This document shows, piece by piece, positions 16,039 through 24,606 of a DNA stretch of 26,175 nucleotides. The notes beneath the pieces are model-generated. The model saw only the letters and a program-made list of their open reading frames with translations. It had not been told where the DNA came from and did no database searches. Every line of letters begins with the position of its first letter. The first letter of the stretch is position 1. The stretch is from an uncultured virus (IMG/VR IMGVR_UViG_3300030331_001986) (taxonomy: Duplodnaviria > Heunggongvirae > Uroviricota > Caudoviricetes), in IMG/VR virus record IMGVR_UViG_3300030331_001986; one strand, written 5' to 3'. The position numbers and the translations under genes are program-made.

Positions 16039-16132
16039 GGTATCACCCGTAGAAATGTCTTGAGGTCCAGTAACCCTCACCTAATTGCGGTATGATGTGT
16101 TTGAGGCATTACAGAATTCATGTTGTGATACC
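16039..16132 (+). ncRNA. Structured RNA motif, copy B
   Basis: Outer stem GGTATCAC/GTGATACC, inner stem AATGTCTT/GAGGCATT, hairpin TGAGG/CCTCA; three sequence blocks identical to copy A. Confidence 0.7.
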
Positions 16133-16171
16133 ACCCCAACTTTATTAACTATCAATTATTAGTGATTAAAG

Positions 16172-16350
16172 TCCACACTGGATTTCACAAAGGAGTGTGG
16201 GGAGAGTGTGGATAGGCTTCCTTATATGCCTTGATTTACTCCCCACATTCCGCTTATACTCCTTAATTTACAGGGGAGGTAGGGTAGTAGATTAAGGTGC
16301 TCCGTTAAGACTAACACCATGAGATGTTATGTCGTCATCCCTACCTTCCC
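16172..16350 (+). ncRNA. Candidate structured RNA: H-type pseudoknot plus a long-stem domain
   Basis: Stems 16172-16179/16205-16212 and 16192-16204/16239-16251 cross each other; 12-bp stem at 16273-16284/16339-16350. Confidence 0.5.
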
Positions 16351-16367
16351 ACTTACAGGTGATTAAC

Positions 16368-16631
16368 ATGAAAGAAACGCAAGATAAAATTAGAAAAACA
16401 ATGAAAGAAGTATTAGACTTACTTATCGCTAAAAACAAACAATATGGCGATTCAGCGCTAAACCCAACTGGTATATTTGCTAAGGGTTCAGCAGAGGATT
16501 TAATCCGAATAAGAATTGATGATAAGTTGAATAGGTTGTTACAAGGTGACGATTCTATAGAAAGTGATGAGGATGTTATATTAGATTTAATAGGCTATTT
16601 AGTATTATTACTGATAGCAATTAGAGGTTAA
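16368..16631 (+). CDS. DUF1599-like / nucleotide-modification-associated domain 1 protein
   Basis: KNKQYGDS, IRIDDKLNRL, EDVILDLIGY. Start moved to ATG 16368 after AGGTGA. Confidence 0.75.
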   Translation: MKETQDKIRKTMKEVLDLLIAKNKQYGDSALNPTGIFAKGSAEDLIRIRIDDKLNRLLQGDDSIESDEDVILDLIGYLVLLLIAIRG

Positions 16632-16648
16632 AATAAGTTATGCCACCA

Positions 16649-16732
16649 CTTATCTATAGAACGAGTAACGGAAAAGGATTGAAAGGCGTTAAAACTGAGT
16701 AATGAATAGCAGTAAAACATTCTATAGATAAG
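16649..16732. ncRNA. Candidate three-way-junction RNA closed by a perfect 13-bp stem
   Basis: CTTATCTATAGAA/TTCTATAGATAAG enclosing the stems TAACG/CGTTA and ACTG/CAGT. Confidence 0.4.
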
Positions 16733-16850
16733 GTACAAAACTATTGTTTAGGAATAGATAATCTTGATTGCACCTAAAACCTTTTGGTTGACCAATTGGA
16801 CCTCTGCATGAAAGGGCGGTATTAACTTCTATAGAAAAAGGTGAGACAAA

Positions 16851-17492
16851 ATGAATATATTTGCACTATCGAAAAATCCAGTAAAAGCGGCTAAAGAAAT
16901 GTTAGATAAACATGTGGTTAAAATGCCAACAGAGACTTGTCAGATGTTACACACAAATGCGTTGTTTAACGAGTATGTAGATAAGTTTGGCGAAGAACCA
17001 TCACTGAGACAATTAAAACAATATCACACAGATACGGAATCTATACTGATGAAACCAGCAATGCTTAATCATCCTAGCACTATATGGGCTAGAGAAAGTA
17101 GACATAATACTGAGTGGTTATTTAGACATGGTTTAGCATTATGTAGAGAATTCTTTTTTAGATATGAGAAAGTTCATGGTAGCGAGAAAAGAATAGAAGA
17201 TATATCTAAGTTAGTAAATGGTAACATACTACATGCAACTCCAGTTAATATAGCAATGCTAGATAAATACAGAATACCTAATAACTATGGTAATCACTGT
17301 TGGGAATATGTTATAGACTCCTATCGGCATTACTATTTAGAAGGTAAATGGGAGTTCGCAGAATGGAGAAAAAACAGAATGCCTGAATGGTGGCCTAAAG
17401 GACATAAGTTCCATAAACTAATAGAAAGACAAAACAAATTACATTTAGAAAATGAAAGATTAAAACAAATACAAAAGGAGAAATTGAAATGA
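16851..17492 (+). CDS. Pyrimidine-dimer DNA glycosylase (T4 DenV-related) family protein
   Basis: MNIF.L...P..AA....DKHVVKM..E..QML.T, NHPSTIWARES, YRHYY...K..FA.W...R.P.W; GGTGA SD. Confidence 0.75.
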   Translation: MNIFALSKNPVKAAKEMLDKHVVKMPTETCQMLHTNALFNEYVDKFGEEPSLRQLKQYHTDTESILMKPAMLNHPSTIWARESRHNTEWLFRHGLALCREFFFRYEKVHGSEKRIEDISKLVNGNILHATPVNIAMLDKYRIPNNYGNHCWEYVIDSYRHYYLEGKWEFAEWRKNRMPEWWPKGHKFHKLIERQNKLHLENERLKQIQKEKLK

Positions 17493-17728
17493 GACAAGAA
17501 TACTTTGAGAATATAGAAATGGAACTTAATTCCATGATACAACGACTAGCAGAAAACATGGTGAATGCCGTAAATGATAAAGAATGGGAAGCCGTTCTTT
17601 TATCAGCAGGTGCAATAATGGATTGCGTTAAAACAGTTCATCCAACAGCATCGGGTAACTTACACAGAATTATGAGTGGTAAGTTTAATGGGCAAAAAGA
17701 AATGGATAATTCACAATTGTTTGGGTGA
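17489..17728 (+). CDS. Hypothetical protein
   Basis: ATGA coupling, AGGAG SD. Confidence 0.7.
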   Translation: MRQEYFENIEMELNSMIQRLAENMVNAVNDKEWEAVLLSAGAIMDCVKTVHPTASGNLHRIMSGKFNGQKEMDNSQLFG

Positions 17729-17985
17729 TTAAAATGGAAAGACAAATAGAATTTAGATTAATAGATGAAGCAGATATGCCTCCAATAGTTATTACCATTG
17801 GAGATGACTTAGAACCTAAAGTTATCCTTAATTCCCACCATAAAATTTGGATGGGTTGGAAAAGGAAAATGATAGGTGGAGTGGCTAAAAGCCTTTATGA
17901 TAAAATAGATGAGTTACTAGATGCTTACTTATCAGACCAACACGCATTTCATGTGATGGACACTGAATATGGAGAGGATGTTTAA
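17725..17985 (+). CDS. Hypothetical protein (probable start MERQIEF)
   Basis: GGTGA SD before the internal ATG at 17734; packed in the operon. Confidence 0.75.
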   Translation: MIKMERQIEFRLIDEADMPPIVITIGDDLEPKVILNSHHKIWMGWKRKMIGGVAKSLYDKIDELLDAYLSDQHAFHVMDTEYGEDV

Positions 17986-18128
17986 TGGCTAAATATATAC
18001 TAACAGATTGGAAAGGATGTGATGAAGATGATGAACCCCATGTTCATATTTTCAGAAATAAAGATGCATTAATTCAAAAGTTATTAGGATACTTAGATGA
18101 TGATATTAGATTAGAGGTGATTAAGTAA
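17985..18128 (+). CDS. 47-aa peptide MAKYILTDWKGCDEDDEPHVHIFRNKDALIQKLLGYLDDDIRLEVIK
   Basis: Not in the ORF track; TAATG-coupled at both ends. Confidence 0.65.
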   Translation: MAKYILTDWKGCDEDDEPHVHIFRNKDALIQKLLGYLDDDIRLEVIK

Positions 18129-18556
18129 TGGGTAAAAATAGACATGCTTATACTGATGCAAGAGGTGATTTAATATATTATTCTAGTAAAGAGGGAAAGA
18201 CAGGTTCGGGTTCTAAATACTGTAAACAAATAGCAAAGACCCTTCCTAAAAAAGATAAAAGATTTACTANNNNNNNNNNGGGCAAATACTCTTGGAACGA
18301 ACCACATAAATTTAGAGTAGTTGAAATGGATTTACAAGCAAGTAGTTCCTTCAAAAGTGGTTTCCATTTTAGGATATGGTTAAAATGCGACAAATGTGGA
18401 TTAGAAGTAACTGGCGATATACCAACTGATAAATTCTTTTTACATAGAGGTAAAGATTACGAAGGTGACTTTGTAATAAAGGATGGTTCTTGGTCAGAAG
18501 ATGGTGGATTAACTTGGGAAGTGGATGATACACCCCATGAAATGAGAGGCGAGTAA
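18128..18556 (+). CDS. Hypothetical protein with a CxxC motif, spanning the gap at 18270-18279
   Basis: GAGGTGA SD; CDKCG; the frame is open on both sides of the gap. Confidence 0.6.
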   Translation: MGKNRHAYTDARGDLIYYSSKEGKTGSGSKYCKQIAKTLPKKDKRFTXXXXGKYSWNEPHKFRVVEMDLQASSSFKSGFHFRIWLKCDKCGLEVTGDIPTDKFFLHRGKDYEGDFVIKDGSWSEDGGLTWEVDDTPHEMRGE

Positions 18557-18871
18557 ATGATGAAATGGAATGATAGAAAAGGTAAATATGTCAAAGATGT
18601 TATTGATGAACAGTTAACACCATTAAAAGGTATTCAGATTATAAGATGGTTATATTTTGATGGGCGCAAGTTATATTGGGATATACCCGAACCGTCTAGC
18701 GATATAGAAAATGCCTCCCCTTTATGGAAAAATAAATATGAGAATACTAGAGGCTACAAAATACATCTAAGGTTAAAAAAGTATAATAAAATGCAAAAAT
18801 ATCTAAACAAGATATTGTCAGCATTACCTTACATACCATTAACAGGATTAATATTAGGAGTGATAATATGA
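18557..18871 (+). CDS. Hypothetical protein with a C-terminal hydrophobic anchor
   Basis: Ends ILSALPYIPLTGLILGVII; coupled to the next gene. Confidence 0.65.
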   Translation: MMKWNDRKGKYVKDVIDEQLTPLKGIQIIRWLYFDGRKLYWDIPEPSSDIENASPLWKNKYENTRGYKIHLRLKKYNKMQKYLNKILSALPYIPLTGLILGVII

Positions 18872-20280
18872 CAACAGAAAATGAATTAAATGAATTAAGA
18901 GGAATAGCAGAAAGAGTTGGAGCAAATGACCACATAGATGTAGGTCAAATTCTTAGAGATGTAGTAGATGAAAAGTGGGTTAATCCTACTGGCGCATATA
19001 ATATTGCATTGAAGGAAAGACTAACTAATCTATCTGTATCAGATAATTGGGCAGAGGCAAAACTTGAATGGAAAGCAACTGGTAATATTTGGTATGTCCC
19101 AATGCGAGAATCAGCAGATGATATACTACCTTCTATCCATCAAGAAAAACATCCACACGAATGTGTTTGTGGACATAAAATTGCTTGGCATTTTGAGATA
19201 GTAAATACTGAAAACAACACAAGAGAAATAGTAGGCAGTGAACACATTGGTTTTTGGATGGTCGCAAGACATCTATTAGCCGATTTGAATGTACCTGCTG
19301 ATATGATTACTCAAGAAAGAATCGGAGAATGGATTAAGGAATCAGTGAAAACTATGAAGGCAGAATGGTGGTGGAATCAATGGGGAGAACAATTCGAAGA
19401 ATGGTTCAATGCCGTTAAGGAAACAGATTTACGGATTAATGTTAGAAATGGTAACTCCTATTGGGATAGCGACACTAACAGATATGAATATCAACAGTTA
19501 ATTCGTAAAAAGGCTGTAAGTCAGATGGGTGAACCTGATTACGCTATGGCTTCTATTGTTTGGAGATGGAATCATCCCGATAATAAGAAATGGTTTTATT
19601 ATCATGATGAAACTGGAGAAAGAATTAAAGAATCCAAATATGCTGAATTATCTTTCTCTGAAAAACGTGATTATTCAATGGGCGATGAAAAAGAAAGTGT
19701 TGCACAAAAAGATACAAGAGGATGGCCTAATCAAAGATTATGGAATGACTTACAGATTTTCTTCTTTGATTTAGAAAGACAAAAAGAAATACTTGCGGCC
19801 AAGGATAAAGAAAGGGTAGAAAGAATTGCCTTTATTACTAAAGAAAGAGAAGAACAAGCGGAGAGAAGACGCAAAGAACAAGAAGAATATGAGGCTAGAG
19901 AGGCCATTCGTAGAGAAAAAAGAAGAATAGAAAAAGAAGAGTACCAAAAGAAATTAGATGAGGCGTTTGAAGTATTTTGTGATGAAAACAATTTACCATT
20001 ATTTAACTCCGAATACGGAGAAAATAATTGGGAGAAAACATTCTTGAGAGATATGATTCGTAAAATAAATAATTTACGAACAATGTCCACAAAACAAAAA
20101 TTAAGAGTTATTAAAATAGTTAATAGAGTTTCTGAACCTGCTACAGAAAAACAACTTGCGTATGTAAGAAGTTTAGGGGGCCAACCAAATAAAGATTGGA
20201 CCAAGAGAGAAGCAAGTAGAGAGATTGGACGATTGAAAAATCTCCCCAAAACTGAAACTGAAACAGGGGGAGAAGAATAA
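18868..20280 (+). CDS. 470-aa protein with a Zn-binding CxCGH...GSEH domain, a coiled coil and a C-terminal PATEKQ..TKREAS helical module
   Basis: Long ORF, GGAGTGA SD; motifs read directly; function unknown. Confidence 0.85.
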   Translation: MTTENELNELRGIAERVGANDHIDVGQILRDVVDEKWVNPTGAYNIALKERLTNLSVSDNWAEAKLEWKATGNIWYVPMRESADDILPSIHQEKHPHECVCGHKIAWHFEIVNTENNTREIVGSEHIGFWMVARHLLADLNVPADMITQERIGEWIKESVKTMKAEWWWNQWGEQFEEWFNAVKETDLRINVRNGNSYWDSDTNRYEYQQLIRKKAVSQMGEPDYAMASIVWRWNHPDNKKWFYYHDETGERIKESKYAELSFSEKRDYSMGDEKESVAQKDTRGWPNQRLWNDLQIFFFDLERQKEILAAKDKERVERIAFITKEREEQAERRRKEQEEYEAREAIRREKRRIEKEEYQKKLDEAFEVFCDENNLPLFNSEYGENNWEKTFLRDMIRKINNLRTMSTKQKLRVIKIVNRVSEPATEKQLAYVRSLGGQPNKDWTKREASREIGRLKNLPKTETETGGEE

Positions 20281-20310
20281 AGTTAAAAGTCTATATTATA
20301 ACTTGGATAC

Positions 20311-20466
20311 ATGAACTGTTACATTTGTAAACATAACATCGAGTGGGCCGAAAAAAGATATACAATATTCGGTAGAGTCATGTGTTCTAGGAAATGTATG
20401 GAAATATTTAGAAATAAAAATCCAATAGGATGCAAATTAAATATACAAGAGGAAATAATATGTTAA
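20311..20466 (+). CDS. 51-aa TRASH/MYM-type Zn-finger-like peptide
   Basis: Not in the ORF track; MNCYIC...GRVMCSRKC pattern. Confidence 0.55.
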   Translation: MNCYICKHNIEWAEKRYTIFGRVMCSRKCMEIFRNKNPIGCKLNIQEEIIC

Positions 20467-20696
20467 AAAAAGATATGAAAATAAGAATAGAAGAACTAGA
20501 GGCGTTAAACTCTAATCTTGAACAAAACAACCAAACCCTTACTTTATATGCTAAACAGTTACAGACTAAAATGCAAGAAGTAGGGACTATCATAGAACAT
20601 TATGAGAAAACAATATTAGTAATGGGTAAAAGATTACAAGAAAAGGGTACGCTTATAAACGAACAAAACAGTGAAATAAATAGGAGGGTTGATTGA
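20460..20696 (+). CDS. Coiled-coil protein (MLKKDMKIRIEELE...)
   Basis: GAGG SD before ATG 20460; heptad pattern. Confidence 0.7.
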   Translation: MLKKDMKIRIEELEALNSNLEQNNQTLTLYAKQLQTKMQEVGTIIEHYEKTILVMGKRLQEKGTLINEQNSEINRRVD

Positions 20697-20899
20697 ATAT
20701 GAAACTAAGAATATTAAACGAAACAGGACACACAGAAATATCAGTAGCAACTACTGAAATCATGGACCACATAAATGAACACGCAACACATTGGGTGTTT
20801 GTTGATGGTGAAATGATTAATCGTAGCGACATAAATGCTGTAAACTGGGATAATGTTTCAGATGTAGAATTAGTTCCCGCAATCGTTGGCGGTAACTAA
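20693..20899 (+). CDS. Ubiquitin-like beta-grasp modifier (ThiS/MoaD/SAMP-like) ending GG-N
   Basis: 68 aa; VFVDGEMI and DVELVPAIVGG, as in ThiS/MoaD-type C-termini; one extra residue (Asn) after GG; AGGAGG SD. Confidence 0.8.
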   Translation: MNMKLRILNETGHTEISVATTEIMDHINEHATHWVFVDGEMINRSDINAVNWDNVSDVELVPAIVGGN

Positions 20900-21074
20900 A
20901 TAAAATAAAATTCGACACGTTCGTGTCTCACCAAAAGAAGTGGTTTTTCCGAGTAATAAAACTGAATCTTATTAATTCAATAAGTCTCTTGCATTTCCTT
21001 GCGGACTAGGAAAAGGGGTCTTCGCTCCTTAGTTTTTCCACTAACTTTATTTTTTACACCGCTATCGGCTAGTT

Positions 21075-21245
21075 ATGTCCACATTAATTATAGCGGGAAC
21101 AATTGCATTAACGCTGTTATTGGTAGCATGGTATGTAGTTTATCAAGCGATTACTTTCGAAATAGGCGAAATATCATTTACTGAAGCAGAAATAGAACAA
21201 ATGAATAAAGATTTTACAAACGGATTAAGAAATTACGGAAGATAA
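21075..21245 (+). CDS. 56-aa membrane peptide (MSTLIIAGTIALTLLLVAWYVVYQA...)
   Basis: Not in the ORF track; N-terminal hydrophobic helix; the stop abuts the next ATG. Confidence 0.6.
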   Translation: MSTLIIAGTIALTLLLVAWYVVYQAITFEIGEISFTEAEIEQMNKDFTNGLRNYGR

Positions 21246-21246
21246 T

Positions 21247-21453
21247 ATGAATGTACCAGATTACGAAATGGATGTTAAATTCTCCGATTTCTGTATGGAG
21301 TTCGAAGGATGTCTAAATGGAGACATCTGGAAATTTGGTAATACCGTTGGTATTACATTGATAACAATAGAAATATTATTTTGGTTAGGATTAAGTTATT
21401 ATCTAGGTAAGAAAATACTTAAGCGTTATAAACCTAAAGCGAATTTAGGTTAA
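21247..21453 (+). CDS. Small single-pass membrane protein
   Basis: Hydrophobic segment VGITLITIEILFWLGLSYYLG followed by a basic tail. Confidence 0.65.
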   Translation: MNVPDYEMDVKFSDFCMEFEGCLNGDIWKFGNTVGITLITIEILFWLGLSYYLGKKILKRYKPKANLG

Positions 21454-21516
21454 CATTAATATAGACGAAATTAAAGACTAATTTCACCTCTCTATAATAG
21501 AGAAGGAAGTGAAGAT

Positions 21517-21846
21517 ATGAAGAAAGAATATACAATTAAAATAGATAATTATAAAATAACATTCGAAACTAAACCTAAGAACGTAGCCATAAAAAGGGCT
21601 TTAGTTGAAGCATTATGGAATTCTCCACTAAGTACAATTCATACATTAATGGATATAATTACAACTAACGGAAGTAAAGTTGTATCCGATACTGCTAGTT
21701 ACCAGAAATTAGGTAACATAATGAGAGGTGAAAAATTCATACATGTAGTAGATACTACTACTGTTAAAGGAGTACATGGTTCAACTTATGAATCATATTC
21801 CTATAAATTAAATCATGATTTTATAAAATTAGAGATGATTAAATGA
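21517..21846 (+). CDS. Hypothetical protein, possibly winged-helix
   Basis: 109-aa ORF coupled to the next gene; the fold is a guess. Confidence 0.65.
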   Translation: MKKEYTIKIDNYKITFETKPKNVAIKRALVEALWNSPLSTIHTLMDIITTNGSKVVSDTASYQKLGNIMRGEKFIHVVDTTTVKGVHGSTYESYSYKLNHDFIKLEMIK

Positions 21847-22136
21847 CAATATTTAAAGATATAAATGAATTAAAAAATTGTGTTATGGAATGGGTAAAAA
21901 TATTATCTAACGATGATTACATAGAGTTATTACAAAGAATAGATAATTCTAAAACTTATGATTTAGATGATATAGATAAACAACATTTATGTATAAAATG
22001 GATAAGACATTTTATATTGAAAAATGACATAACTAAAAGTTATAAATTCAAAGATTGGCTAATAGACGAAAGGAATAACTATAGGGAATTAATGGCTTAT
22101 ATTGAGAGGGAATCCAATTGGATAAATTCCGAATAA
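21843..22136 (+). CDS. Hypothetical protein
   Basis: ATGA coupling. Confidence 0.65.
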   Translation: MTIFKDINELKNCVMEWVKILSNDDYIELLQRIDNSKTYDLDDIDKQHLCIKWIRHFILKNDITKSYKFKDWLIDERNNYRELMAYIERESNWINSE

Positions 22137-22282
22137 GCATATGTAAACAAAACGGTAGCGTTTGGATGGAAGAATATGAAGATATCAAATCTGTCTCAAA
22201 TGCTCTAAAAGAGTTACTTCTTAAACATCCGCATCTATTAGTATCACGACAGAGAGTGATTAAAGATGACAAAGAACCCTAA
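22118..22282 (+). CDS. 54-aa hypothetical protein (TTG start; MDKFRISICKQNG...)
   Basis: Not in the ORF track; GAGGG SD; fills the gap in the operon. Confidence 0.5.
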   Translation: MDKFRISICKQNGSVWMEEYEDIKSVSNALKELLLKHPHLLVSRQRVIKDDKEP

Positions 22283-22418
22283 ATATACAAAGGATAGAAA
22301 AGGCAATAATATAGCAACAAGTTGTCGAATTTGTGGTGGTCAACTAACCCATCCAAAAGACATTAAAGAGGAAGTACACCCTAAATGTGTACAAAATTAT
22401 AAGAGTAAATTAAGGTGA
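22266..22418 (+). CDS. 50-aa Zn-finger peptide (CRICGGQLTHP...HPKC)
   Basis: Not in the ORF track; CxxC...HxxC; the stop overlaps the SD of the next gene. Confidence 0.65.
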   Translation: MTKNPKYTKDRKGNNIATSCRICGGQLTHPKDIKEEVHPKCVQNYKSKLR

Positions 22419-22422
22419 TAAA

Positions 22423-23662
22423 ATGACAGAATTATTAATACAAAGACCTGATGATTCGAGGGAATACGATTCAACAATAGTAAGGTTTTCAGAAGATGAA
22501 GAATATAATACTACCAATATAAACCCTAGAAATTTTAGAAATGCTAACAATCCTATGATTGAAGCAGTAAAAAGTTGGCTTAGTAGCAAACTAAAAATAT
22601 CTAGGAGAAATATGTATAGAAATACATATCGTAGAAGTAGAGGATACTATACTCCATCTTGGGAACAACCAAAAGAAGATGTTAAGGAGGGAGAACAATT
22701 TGCATATAATATTTATATCGGCGAAGAAGGCTATATGGTTCACTTCAATAAAGTAAAAACTAGATATTANNNNNNNNNNCAACAAATCAGTTCTTCTTGC
22801 CGCATTAGCAAGGACTATATTCAAATCTTGTTTTACTGATGATACAGTTGAACTAGAGAAGTTCTTGTATAAACATATTCATATTCCAGAGAATGTTTCT
22901 TATGCACTAGAGAATAGAGCGCCCTATTACTTCTACTTAGAAGATGAAAATGGTAATTATGGTAAGAGAATAGAATGTAGATTAAAGGTTAATTTGATTG
23001 GCGAAAAGAATGTAGCCATAGAAATATCGGACGGTGTTTGGGGTGAACTAACTATTAAACAGATGAATGTTTATATGAATAGTTATCTCAAGAAAAAGAA
23101 ACAAGGTAATTGGTCTAATCTAAGTCCATCAGAGTTATGGGCTAAAACCATGAATGGAGAAAAACCCACCCCTGCTGAAGAAGCATTAATGGTAGCATTC
23201 TTAAATCAGAATAGAACATCTAAAGTTGTTAAAGAAAGAGCAAGAGATTTAATGATTCATATTGGTAGAAGGTTCCCCGATAGAATTGCTATTAATTGGG
23301 GTAGTCCCGACAAACTATTAGATGTTTCAGAGAATCCAACTGTAATGTATATTAGAGGTAAATTGGCAGATTGGAAATTAACTGATAGAGGTCTTAAATC
23401 TCAAGGACAGCAGAATGTATCTACTTATGTTTGGGTTAAAGGTGAAGATAAAGGTAGATGGGCAGGTCCGATTTGTGTAGATAACTTGGATAATAAATCG
23501 CCTACTGGCGACCAATTTGTAACTAGAGCAATGGGACTATTGAATGATAATATGTTAGTCAGTAGAGTTTCAACAATCAAAGGTTACTTAGGAGATGTCC
23601 ATAAAGAAAATCAAACACAATGTAGAATACCCGACCGAACCTTTAGGGTCAGAGAACTTTAA
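22423..23662 (+). CDS. One gene of about 410 aa split by the gap at 22770-22779; C-terminal divergent E2 (ubiquitin-conjugating)-like motif
   Basis: After the gap the downstream frame is open from 22781 (NKSVLLAALARTIFK...) into the 22865 ORF. QNVSTY...GPICVDNL resembles the E2 motif HPN..GxICLDIL, with Cys at 23474-23476. Confidence 0.5.
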
Positions 23663-23742
23663 GTACCATAAACATAAGGAATTGTCAGACCAAACAATTC
23701 GCTGTTCCAAAAGGTTCAGAGAAATAAAACGGTCACTTTCGG

Positions 23743-24606
23743 GTGACAAAAATGAAATGCGATGAATGTAATATAGATGTTGTGAGAAACGATATTCAAT
23801 ATGAATGCCCTAATTGTGGGTTAATTTGTAGTGATATATTAGAGAATGAAGTGCTGTTGAAAGACAGACATAAAGATAATAACAATTTAGGAAGCACAAT
23901 TGGTAAGGAAAAGGGGTCATACAAATTGAGAAGACTTGCTGTTACTAGTAGAATGTCGTCAGAAGAAAGGACGATGAAAAAAGCCGAGTTTTATTGTAAT
24001 GTAGCCTGTTGCGAATTTTCAATGTGTGAGGCGTCTAAATTAACTGTTATACAATATTATAATAAGTTAAAGAGTAAAGGTGTTTTTACTTCTAAAATGG
24101 AATTAGAAGAAAGAAGTTCGGCTATAACTTATTTAGTATTAAGAGAGTATAACTACAGTTATACTTTATTAGAAGTTGCTAAACGTTTAGAAGTTACTCC
24201 CAAGAGAGTGAGTAAACTTTCAAGATTGTTTGCTAGACATCTGGGAAAAAGTCATGTTTTTTCAATGGGCAATGCAAACGCTTTACTTAGAAAATTCTGT
24301 CAGAATTTAGATAAAGACCTTTCTTTTACTAATGATTGTATTAGTCTCTACACATACTTAGATGGCATAGAAACACGTTATCCCACTTCTGCTTATTTAG
24401 CGGGAATAGTATATTGTGTAGAAACAACACAACCAAGTAAAACAACAACACAAAAAGAAGTGGCAACGGCTTTCGATATTAAGGAAGCAAAAACAGTTAG
24501 AAATAACTATAAAAATATATTATCCAAATTAGGAATTAAAAGCACATTTGGGTTAACAATAGGGGATATAATAGAGGGAATAAGATGGCAAGACCACGAA
24601 GTATAA
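23743..24606 (+). CDS. tfb: Transcription initiation factor IIB (TFB) homologue
   Basis: N-terminal Zn ribbon CDEC...CPNCGLI, LGSTIG linker, two cyclin-like repeats (SAITYLVLREY..TLLEVA; TQKEVATAF..KTVRNNYK). Confidence 0.85.
   Translation: MTKMKCDECNIDVVRNDIQYECPNCGLICSDILENEVLLKDRHKDNNNLGSTIGKEKGSYKLRRLAVTSRMSSEERTMKKAEFYCNVACCEFSMCEASKLTVIQYYNKLKSKGVFTSKMELEERSSAITYLVLREYNYSYTLLEVAKRLEVTPKRVSKLSRLFARHLGKSHVFSMGNANALLRKFCQNLDKDLSFTNDCISLYTYLDGIETRYPTSAYLAGIVYCVETTQPSKTTTQKEVATAFDIKEAKTVRNNYKNILSKLGIKSTFGLTIGDIIEGIRWQDHEV

Noticed and set aside
15872..16122. Duplicated motif as a box C/D or H/ACA guide RNA, or a hammerhead
   Set aside because: ATGATGA occurs only in copy A (ATGATGT in B); no CTGA D box, no 3' ACA after the outer stem, no CUGANGA core
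17333..22824. Minus-strand or nested ORFs at 17333, 18178, 18747, 19529, 19731, 20408, 20999, 22048 and 22591
   Set aside because: Shadows or alternative frames of better-supported plus-strand genes or structured spacers
8671..22864. Apparent frameshifts at 8726 and 22770 as pseudogenes or programmed frameshifting
   Set aside because: Both coincide with 10-N scaffold gaps of unknown true length
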